A stretch of 64,000 nucleotides of DNA, taken from assembly GCA_949290055.1 (NCBI GenBank), contig CASEQJ010000002.1, positions 38,010-102,009 on the forward strand, written 5' to 3'. Shown here in pieces: positions 54,226-61,657 of the stretch (the first letter of the stretch is position 1; every line of letters starts with the position of its first letter). The notes under the pieces were generated by a model. It was given only the letters and a program-made list of their open reading frames with translations. It searched no databases and was not told the DNA's origin. The position numbers and the translations under genes are program-made. Origin of the DNA: an uncultured Olsenella sp. Lineage in GTDB: Bacteria; Actinomycetota; Coriobacteriia; Coriobacteriales; Atopobiaceae.

Positions 54226-56664
54226 ATGGAAATCGGAGAGATCCTCGACCGCTACGCCGTCTGCGCCGACGTGCTCGGTCGAAAGAAGGACTCGAGGAGG
54301 TCCAGGGACCCAAACGCCTACCCAGCCTACGAGCAGGAGGGCTACTCGACGGCGTGGTTCTTCAAGGAGGCGGGCGACGGCGCGGGCCTGAACGACCTCA
54401 CGCGCGCCTTTCTCGGTGACGCCTCGGCGCGCTCGCGCCTTCGCTTTGGCGCGGCGGAGGCGGCCTCGTTCGAGGGTCACCTGCTCGAGGGTGACCACCC
54501 GCTCAACGCCAGCCAGCGCCGGGCCGTTGCCCGTGCGCTCGAGAGCGACGTCTCGCTCGTGCAGGGGCCTCCGGGCACCGGCAAGACCAAGACGATCCTC
54601 AATATGGTCTCGTGCATGCTCGCGCGCGGGGCGACGGTCGCCGTGGTCGCCAACAACGGCAAGGCGATCGACAACGTTCGCGAGCAGGTCGAGGGGTGGG
54701 GACCGGGCTCGGGTGCGGGTCCCAACCAGCGGCGCATGAACGAGTGCTATGCCCGTCTCGGCAGGAAGGACCTTCGACGGGGGTGGGTCAGGCGCCACCC
54801 GGACGCCCCCGAGTGCCTCCGCTTTGCCGATTGCGGCTGGGAGCCCACCGTGCGCGCCGAGGTCTTTCTCGCCAGCTATCCCTTTGTGACGAGCACGATC
54901 CACTCGCTCAAGAAGTGCTTCGCCGACGGCCGCAGCCACCAGTACGACTACGTGATCATGGACGAGGCGTCGCAGTGCAGCCCGCTTCTGGGCCTCATTG
55001 CCATGAGCGCGGCGCGCCACCTCGTGCTCGTGGGGGACGACGAGCAGCTTCCGCCGATTCACTCCGAGGAGCAGGACCTCGAGCTGCGTTCCGCCCTCGC
55101 CGAGCGGGGGCTCGACGAGATCGGGGACGCGCGCTATGCGCTCGCCGACGCCGAGACGGGCACCGGCAGGAGCGTCCTTCTCGCCATGAGGCTCGCCCTC
55201 GGCGACGACCTGCCGAGCACGCTTTTGAACGAGCACTACCGCTGCCACCCGGGAATCATCGGCTTCTGCACCGAGGCGGTGTACGCGCCCGTGGGAAAGG
55301 AGCTGCAGGTTCGCACCCCGGACGACGGCCGGGGCGTGAGGGTCCCGATTCGCGTGCGGTGGTTCGAGGGGAACTACTGCGAGCGCGTGCGCCCCGAGGA
55401 CGGGGGCGAGCGGGGGTACCACAAGCTTTCGCGCACCAACGCGCGGCAGCTCGAGGTCTTCATGCGCGAGGAGTGGCCGGAGCTGCGGCGACGCATGGGG
55501 GAGCGCCGCCCGCCGAGCGTCTGCGTGCTCTCGCCGTATCGCGGGCTGCTCGCAGAGCTGGGGGAGCGCCTTGCTCGTGAGGGCGTCGACCCCGCGGAGA
55601 CGACCGAGGGGACGGGAGGCGACCCGCTCGTGGCTCCGGAGGTTCCCGCGCTCACCATTCACAAGTCCCAGGGTCAGGAGTTTGACATGGTCTACCTGCT
55701 CCCGGGTGAGGACGGTTCGTGGGAGTGGCCCTGGACGGAGGCGAGGTCGCTGATCAACGTGGCCGTCTCGCGGGCGAGGCGCGAGCTCGTGATTGTGGCG
55801 TCGTCGTGCCTCATGGGCGTCGACGTTCAGGTGGCGCTCGTGGGGGAGGACCGCGTGGTCGGACCCTACCAGCGCGACATGAGCGAGGAGGAGCGGGAGC
55901 GCCGCAAGCGGCGCGAGCTGTACCTGCAAAAGCTCGTCGACTACGTGCGCGAGCGCAACGACCCCGCACGCGACTCCGACGCGCCGAGCGGTTTCCCGGA
56001 GAGCTCGTATGACTACGGGTTCCACCGCACGGCTCTGCGTTCCGTCTTCGACGTCGTGGCGCGCCTTCGCAGGGAGGCGCCGCATAGGTGGGGCGCGGAC
56101 GACTGGGCCACCGAGCGGGCCCTCGAGCGCGCGTTCGAGGGGGTCGACCTCGCGGGGCGCGGGCTCGGCGTCAGGCGCGGCGTCAGGCTCGCGGAGTGTT
56201 TCGACGCGAGCGACGAGCGGCTCGCAGGTGCGGGCGACCCGGCGCGCGTGAGGGAGTTTCTCGCGACGGACGCGCACTTCGACTTTGTGGTCCATGAGCT
56301 GGCAACGGGGCGCATGGTGCTCGCCATCGAGGTCGACGGCGCGCCGCACCGCACGCTCAAGGGCAAGGCCACCGAGCAAAACTGGGGGGAGAAGGTCCGT
56401 GAGCTGAGGCTCAGGCGGGAGAACGACGCGTTGAAGGACGCCATGGCTCGGGCGCTCGGCGCTCGGGTGCTCGCCACCAACCGACGCGCGGAGCTCGAGC
56501 GCTGCGAGGTGGAGCGGCCCGCGTTCACCCTGCTGCGCCTGCCCACCGACGGTTCGTGCGCCTTCGAGGTCGAGGCCCTGTTCGACGGAGCCCCCGCCGG
56601 CGCGGCAGACGACTTCGTGACAATTGAGGAGCTGCTCGACGAGACGGGGGGACGGAGGTTCTGA
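54226..56664 (+). CDS. Upf1/DNA2-like SF1 helicase fused to a C-terminal Vsr/DUF559-like endonuclease domain
   Basis: Helicase motifs: LVQGPPGTGKT (I), YVIMDEASQ (II), LVLVGDDEQLPP (III), YRCHP, TIHKSQGQEFD (V) and NVAVSRARRELVIV (VI). C-terminal DFVVHELATGRMVLAIEVDGAPHR (D...ExDG..H) is nuclease-like. The start is at MEIGEILDRY. Confidence 0.85.
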   Translation: MEIGEILDRYAVCADVLGRKKDSRRSRDPNAYPAYEQEGYSTAWFFKEAGDGAGLNDLTRAFLGDASARSRLRFGAAEAASFEGHLLEGDHPLNASQRRAVARALESDVSLVQGPPGTGKTKTILNMVSCMLARGATVAVVANNGKAIDNVREQVEGWGPGSGAGPNQRRMNECYARLGRKDLRRGWVRRHPDAPECLRFADCGWEPTVRAEVFLASYPFVTSTIHSLKKCFADGRSHQYDYVIMDEASQCSPLLGLIAMSAARHLVLVGDDEQLPPIHSEEQDLELRSALAERGLDEIGDARYALADAETGTGRSVLLAMRLALGDDLPSTLLNEHYRCHPGIIGFCTEAVYAPVGKELQVRTPDDGRGVRVPIRVRWFEGNYCERVRPEDGGERGYHKLSRTNARQLEVFMREEWPELRRRMGERRPPSVCVLSPYRGLLAELGERLAREGVDPAETTEGTGGDPLVAPEVPALTIHKSQGQEFDMVYLLPGEDGSWEWPWTEARSLINVAVSRARRELVIVASSCLMGVDVQVALVGEDRVVGPYQRDMSEEERERRKRRELYLQKLVDYVRERNDPARDSDAPSGFPESSYDYGFHRTALRSVFDVVARLRREAPHRWGADDWATERALERAFEGVDLAGRGLGVRRGVRLAECFDASDERLAGAGDPARVREFLATDAHFDFVVHELATGRMVLAIEVDGAPHRTLKGKATEQNWGEKVRELRLRRENDALKDAMARALGARVLATNRRAELERCEVERPAFTLLRLPTDGSCAFEVEALFDGAPAGAADDFVTIEELLDETGGRRF

Positions 56665-56796
56665 CACCTTCCCGTCCCCCTGTCACGGGGCTTTGACATA
56701 CAAACGTTGTATGGGAACCCATACTCTTATGTATTTTACCGCTGGGCTCTCGCGCTCTACCATGGACGAGAAGAACAGCGTCAGAGGAGGTCTCAC

Positions 56797-57009
56797 ATGG
56801 TCTTTGGCATGGGTCCCATGGAGCTTGCCGTCATACTGCTCGTCGTGCTCGTGATCTTTGGGCCCAAGAACCTGCCCAAGCTGGGCTCCGCCATTGGCAA
56901 GACGGTCAAGAACGTGCGCGACGGCATGGAGGAGGGCTCCGGCGACTCGGAGCCCGAGTCCGTGCCCGTGAGCGAGTCCGAATCCGTCGACGAGCCCGTC
57001 CAGCACTAG
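56797..57009 (+). CDS. tatA: Twin-arginine translocase subunit TatA/E
   Basis: MVFGMGPMELAVILLVVLVIFGPKNLPKLGSAIGKTVKNVR. An AGAGGAGG SD is present. Confidence 0.9.
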   Translation: MVFGMGPMELAVILLVVLVIFGPKNLPKLGSAIGKTVKNVRDGMEEGSGDSEPESVPVSESESVDEPVQH

Positions 57010-57020
57010 CCCTTCCTCCT

Positions 57021-57084
57021 GCGCCCCCGGACCTTTCCCGCCGGGGGCGCTTTCTGTTAATTGGGGACTGTCCCCAATTAACAG
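57021..57084. terminator. Two consecutive perfect hairpins between convergent tatA and the LysR gene
   Basis: GCGCCCCCGG...CCGGGGGCGC (57021-57050) is followed by TTTCTG. CTGTTAATTGGGGA-CTG-TCCCCAATTAACAG lies at 57054-57084. Confidence 0.75.
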
Positions 57085-57935
57085 AGCTCGCCGAGAAGCG
57101 CCACGGCGCGCTCCGCGAGCGGGGAGAGGGTGCGGTCGGCCTTCCAGACGACGGCGGCGCGGCTCTCGAGGTCCTTCTCGGCAAGCGTCTTTATGTAGCA
57201 GGGGCCGGTGTCGCATACGGCGAGCATGGAGCGCGGCGCGAGCCCGACGCCGAGGCCAGCCGCGGCGCAGGAGCAGGTCGTGCGCGCGTCCTCGGTGACG
57301 CAGAAGGGCGCGCGACCCAGGGCGTGTGCCGTGCGGGCGTCGCAGACGATCGGCACGTCCTCAAGCTGGGCGAGAAGAACGGTGAGCTCGTCGCCGCGCT
57401 CGAGCGCGGGCGGCATGACCGCCACGAGCGGCTCGGTCGGGGCGTAGCGCGTGCGCAGGCCCTGGGTGGAGAAGGGCGTGCGCACGACGCCGGCCTCGGC
57501 AATGCCGCTGGTCACGAGCTCGAGCACCTCGGGGACGCTGCCCTCGCGCAGCTCGAGCGAGACGTCCGGGGCAAGCTGGGCGAGCTCTGCCAGGCGCGCG
57601 GACGGCGCGAGCCCCGCGACGGAGTCGCAGACCGCGAGGCAGAGGGTGCCCGTGAGGCCCTTGCCCACGCTCGAGACCTCGCGCGCGGTGGCCGTCGCCA
57701 TGGCGAGAATGCGCGTCGCGCGCTCGTGGAGGAGCCGCCCCGCCTCGGTGAGCGTGACGCCGCGCGGCCCGCGGCGCACGAGCTGCGTGTCCAGCTCGCG
57801 CTCGAGTTCGCGGAGCTCGTAGGAGAGGGGCGGCTGCGAAATGTGCAGCCTACGCGCGGCGGCCGTGATCTGGCCCTCCTCGGCTATGGCGACGAAGTAC
57901 TCGAGTTGTTTGAGATTCAAAAGACGCCTCCCCAC
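57078..57935 (-). CDS. LysR family transcriptional regulator
   Basis: N-terminal HTH LNLKQLEYFVAIAEEGQITAAARRLHISQPPLSYELRELE. Confidence 0.9.
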   Translation of the reverse strand: MGRRLLNLKQLEYFVAIAEEGQITAAARRLHISQPPLSYELRELERELDTQLVRRGPRGVTLTEAGRLLHERATRILAMATATAREVSSVGKGLTGTLCLAVCDSVAGLAPSARLAELAQLAPDVSLELREGSVPEVLELVTSGIAEAGVVRTPFSTQGLRTRYAPTEPLVAVMPPALERGDELTVLLAQLEDVPIVCDARTAHALGRAPFCVTEDARTTCSCAAAGLGVGLAPRSMLAVCDTGPCYIKTLAEKDLESRAAVVWKADRTLSPLAERAVALLGELC

Positions 57936-58025
57936 GTGGCTGCGAAATACTCGAATTGTATCTCGCGGCGGCGGGGGAGGCGCCCTTCTCGTCGATATGA
58001 CCCGGCTCGTGCCCGTCGGGTGGCG

Positions 58026-58715
58026 TCAGACGTTGTAGCTGAGTGCAACGACTAGCGGGTTGTCAGGGTCGATGGCCGTGTCCGGCCCGTAGAGGGCAAC
58101 GCTCAAGATCCAGTGGGTCTCAGTGCCCATGAACGTCCCGGGACCGTCGTAGGTGACAATCTTTGTCTCGGGGTCGGCAACGGTCACCTCCGTGGCGTTG
58201 CTGATCTCCCCCAGTCCGAGCGCCTCGGCCACCTGCTGCGCGTGGGCGTCGAACTCCTCGGGATCGATCGCTGGGCCCTGGAAGGTGACGCTGAATCTGC
58301 TTGGGGTCGTGCCCTGCGCGAGGTCGTTAGCCGTGGGCTTGTCCGTCTCGCCCTCGACGGCGGGGTCGTTCACCGAGAGGCTGACGTATACCGTCTCGCT
58401 GTAGCCCTCCAGGGGGTTGTCGGAGGGCTTTCCCTCGTAGGAGGCTGCAAACACGTTGGTCCCGTCCTGCGTCGTGACGAGGGACTGCTCGAGCGGCTCG
58501 AAGCCCAGGAGCTCGAGGTCGCTCGCGATCTCGGACACGGGGCGCTCGTAGAAGGCGGCTTCCTGCCAGTTGGTCATGGCGGGCTCCGCCTCCGGCTCGG
58601 CCTGCTCGACGGCGGCCTCGTCCTGCGTCGCGTTGGTGACCGGCGCCTGGCCGCAGCCCACGAGCAGCGCCGTCGAGAGGACGAGCGCAGCCACCACGGT
58701 CTTGGTGAACCTCAT
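58026..58715 (-). CDS. Hypothetical lipoprotein (paralogue 1)
   Basis: Lipobox MRFTKTVVAALVLSTALLVGC. A GGAGGAAACC SD is present. It shares WQE(A/G)AFYERPV.EI.SDL.LLGF with 59272-59976. Confidence 0.7.
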   Translation of the reverse strand: MRFTKTVVAALVLSTALLVGCGQAPVTNATQDEAAVEQAEPEAEPAMTNWQEAAFYERPVSEIASDLELLGFEPLEQSLVTTQDGTNVFAASYEGKPSDNPLEGYSETVYVSLSVNDPAVEGETDKPTANDLAQGTTPSRFSVTFQGPAIDPEEFDAHAQQVAEALGLGEISNATEVTVADPETKIVTYDGPGTFMGTETHWILSVALYGPDTAIDPDNPLVVALSYNV

Positions 58716-58975
58716 GGTTTCCTCCGTTCTTGTCGTCCTGAAACACCCTTTGCCTTTGTTGGATTTCATTCTCTGGGAGCGTCAGGTAGCTGAAAGTCGG
58801 GACTTCGGTAGGTGGGCGCCAACGCTCCCTTAACGCTTCCCTAAGACGCCGGAAACGCAGGTGGACACATTTGTGAAGCCTCTGCGTAGGAGAGATAATG
58901 ACTTTGTCAACCCTCTTTCCACGAACGGTTGGAATGGGTATAACGAACGTGTCAAAACCCGAAAGGAGGGAAGGC

Positions 58976-59203
58976 ATGACCAAGATCAAGGACATGAGCA
59001 AGCGTCAGCGCAAGGTGCTCGACGCCTGCCACAACGGCTGGTTCATGAGCGGCGAGTACCGCGCCATGATTGACGGCCACGAGCGTCGCTTCTGGGCCGA
59101 CAGCCCGAGGCTGCTGTTCAATGACGTTGACGAGTGGTTCTCCTCCCACGAGCAGAACCACGTGGATTCGCCGCTGCTCGTCAAGTGCGTGTGTGCGGCG
59201 TAA
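58976..59203 (+). CDS. Hypothetical small protein (75 aa)
   Basis: A strong AAAGGAGGGAAGG SD precedes ATG 58976. Starts MTKIKDMSKRQRKVLDACHNGWFMSGEY. No recognised domain. Confidence 0.55.
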   Translation: MTKIKDMSKRQRKVLDACHNGWFMSGEYRAMIDGHERRFWADSPRLLFNDVDEWFSSHEQNHVDSPLLVKCVCAA

Positions 59204-59271
59204 GCGTCACCACATCCCTTACGGGAGGAGGAGCCTGCGGGCTCCTTTTTCTTTGCCGCGACCTGCCGCCG

Positions 59272-59976
59272 TCACGCCTCGGGCGCGACAAAGCAGCTGA
59301 ACGAGACCAGAAGCGGCGCCTCCGGGTTCCGGGCGGTCTCGGCGCCCTCGCAGATCACCCCGATCGACCAGGTGGCCCGCTCGCCCATGAGCGTTCCCTC
59401 GCCGGTGAAGGAGCCGGTCATGGTCCCCGTTCCCAGGGAGTCCTCGACGCTGGAGGAGGTGAACTCTCCCAGCCCGAGCCCGTCGGCGAGCTCCCGGGCG
59501 AGCGCCTCGTACTCGGAGGCGTCGACCGCAGGGCAGGAGAGGCTGAAGGCGTAGCAGCTGAGACGCGCGTCCTCGGCGAGGTCCTCGACGGACGAGCCGT
59601 CCGTGCCCTCGCGGAAGACGGGGTCGTCGACCTGTAGGGTGACGTCGACGACGCCGTCCGAGCCCTCGAGCGGGAGCTCGGCGGGCGTGCCCCGCAGCCC
59701 AATCGAGAACAGGTCGTACCCCTGGATCTGGTCATGGTTCTGGTAGGAGACGTCGAACCCAAGGAGCTGCAGGTCGCTCACGATCTCGGGGACGGGGCGC
59801 TCGTAGAAGGCGCCCTCCTGCCACCGCTCCATGGCGGGCTGCTCCGCCGGCGAGGCCCGCTCCTCCAAGACGGTCGCCCGCGGCGTCGCGTCGTCGCTGG
59901 CGGGTGCCTGCGCGCAGCCCGTCAGAAGCGCCGTCGCAAGGCACAGCGCCGCTACGGTTGCTCCCGTAAACCTCAT
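59272..59976 (-). CDS. Hypothetical lipoprotein (paralogue 2)
   Basis: Lipobox MRFTGATVAALCLATALLTGC. It lies immediately downstream of the M20 peptidase gene on the same strand. Confidence 0.7.
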   Translation of the reverse strand: MRFTGATVAALCLATALLTGCAQAPASDDATPRATVLEERASPAEQPAMERWQEGAFYERPVPEIVSDLQLLGFDVSYQNHDQIQGYDLFSIGLRGTPAELPLEGSDGVVDVTLQVDDPVFREGTDGSSVEDLAEDARLSCYAFSLSCPAVDASEYEALARELADGLGLGEFTSSSVEDSLGTGTMTGSFTGEGTLMGERATWSIGVICEGAETARNPEAPLLVSFSCFVAPEA

Positions 59977-59980
59977 GGTC

Positions 59981-61177
59981 TCACCCGTCCTTCTCGACAT
60001 GCGGCGCCTCCCGTTCGTCCCTCAGCTGGGTCGCGTGATCCAGCATGAGGGCGAGAATGACGGCGAGGCCGCGACGCAGACTGTCCTTCTCGATCCACTC
60101 CTCGCGCGTGTGCAGCAGGTCGCCCTCGACGGTGCCCACGGTGTGGGCGGGAATGCCCAGCGAGAGGGGTATGTTGGCGTCGGTGGAGGACTCCTGGTGG
60201 TGAATCTTCTTCACGCCGCCGAGCTCGCGCAGGACCTCGTCGGTGCGGGCTATGAGCGCGGCCTGGCCCTCGGGCACGTGCTCGCCGGAGGCGGGGCGCC
60301 GGCCAATGAGCTGCACGTCGATGCGGGTGCCGGCCTTGAGGTGCTCCTCCACGAGCACCACGAACTTCCCGTACATCTCCTCGAGGCACTCCTCGGACGC
60401 CGAGCGGTACTCCACGAGCACGCTCGCGTCCTCGGCGATCGAGTTCACCGTGGTGCCGCCGACGAAGCGTCCCACGTTGATCGTGGTCTTGGCGCGCGTG
60501 GGCAGCTCGAGCGCGTAGAGGTCCTCAATGAAGCTGCAGAGCGCCTCTATTGCGTTGTCGCGCCCGAAGTTCTCCCAGGAGTGGCCGCCCTCGGTGTGGC
60601 ACTTCACGCGCCAGCGGTGGCTGCCCACGGCGGAGACCACGTGCATGCCGAGGTAGAGGTCAAAGCTCGTGAACTCGCGCACCTGTCCGTCGTAGTGGCG
60701 GAAGAGCTCGCGCGTGCCAGCGAGGTTGCCGAGGCCCTCCTCGCAGGAGTTGGCCACCACGAGCAGGCGCCGGTCAAGCGGCACGCGCTCGCGCAGCAGG
60801 TAGCGCGCCGCGAGGAGCAGTCCCACGAGGTTGGCCGTGTCGTCGCCGACACCCGGTGCCAGAAGGCGCGTCGTGCTCTCGGCGAGCGGCAGCGGCTCGG
60901 TGTCGGGGAAGACCACGTCGGTGTGGGCGGCAAAGACGGCGATTCCGTCGTCGTCCGCGGGGCCGGGCAGGCTCAAGATCACGTTCTTGGCGTCGTCGAC
61001 GCGCACGGCGCCCACGGGCGCGCCCTGCGCAAGCAGCCAGTCGCGAATGAACTCGGCGCGCCGCTCCTCGTGGCCGGACGGGGCCGGAATCTGCGCGAGC
61101 GTGCGCAGGAGCTCGAGCTCCTCCTCGTAGCACTCGTCGGCATATGCCCGCGCGATGCGCCCGATCTTCTCGTCCAC
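59981..61177 (-). CDS. M20 family metallopeptidase
   Basis: FAAHTDVVFP (H-x-D metal ligands), ANSCEEGLGN (catalytic/metal Glu pair), ~400 aa. Confidence 0.8.
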   Translation of the reverse strand: MDEKIGRIARAYADECYEEELELLRTLAQIPAPSGHEERRAEFIRDWLLAQGAPVGAVRVDDAKNVILSLPGPADDDGIAVFAAHTDVVFPDTEPLPLAESTTRLLAPGVGDDTANLVGLLLAARYLLRERVPLDRRLLVVANSCEEGLGNLAGTRELFRHYDGQVREFTSFDLYLGMHVVSAVGSHRWRVKCHTEGGHSWENFGRDNAIEALCSFIEDLYALELPTRAKTTINVGRFVGGTTVNSIAEDASVLVEYRSASEECLEEMYGKFVVLVEEHLKAGTRIDVQLIGRRPASGEHVPEGQAALIARTDEVLRELGGVKKIHHQESSTDANIPLSLGIPAHTVGTVEGDLLHTREEWIEKDSLRRGLAVILALMLDHATQLRDEREAPHVEKDG

Positions 61178-61440
61178 CGTGCCTCCCTTCCTCGCCTCTA
61201 GCGTATCGCAGCTGGCTGCCGGCGGGCGCTCGATTTAGGCGGTCGGGCGAATCCGGCGGATAACGCGCTCGATCAAGCACAACATTCTATATGCGCAGGT
61301 GAAAATAACGCGCTTGTACGATTGAGCGCATTATTATGTGCGGCGGCGCGGGCGGGCGAGAAGAACGCGCAGCCCCGCATGTTTCAGGTTTGTTTTTCGC
61401 CCTGTGCGCCGCGGGTCCGCCGTGCTAGGCTACCCACACA

Positions 61441-61599
61441 GATAGAGGAGCGGACACGAAGAGCCGTGGGGGAGCCGGCAGGCACAGATCCCCGGGGAGG
61501 CGAGGTCCGCCGAACTGTCGCGTCGGGCGCGGCGCGGCGGTGGGCCCGCGGGAAAGACCCTCGGGACTGTCTGCGAGAAGAACTCGCAGGTGCGCTATC
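61441..61599 (+). promoter_or_regulatory. Lysine riboswitch (L-box) in the lysA leader
   Basis: P1 pairs GATAG...CTATC. The conserved blocks are AGAGGAGCG (consensus AGAGGCGC), GGCGAGGTCCGCCGAAC (consensus ...CGCCGAAG), and GGGACTGTCT followed by the hairpin GCGAG-AAGAA-CTCGC and GGTGCGCTATC. Lysine biosynthesis genes lie downstream. Confidence 0.8.
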
Positions 61600-61657
61600 C
61601 TTGCCGGACGCACGTCCGCCCCGGGGCCGCGCACCTGCACGGCGAGCGAGGGGTGTC

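Noticed and set aside
49822-56664. Interpretation of cassette 2 as part of an integrative conjugative element, because of the VirD4/TraG-like gene.
   Set aside because: No relaxase, VirB4-like ATPase, pilin or other T4SS membrane components, integrase or att-like duplication is visible in the 64-kb window. The coupling-protein homologue also lacks its TM anchor. A decayed ICE remnant cannot be fully excluded without comparative data.
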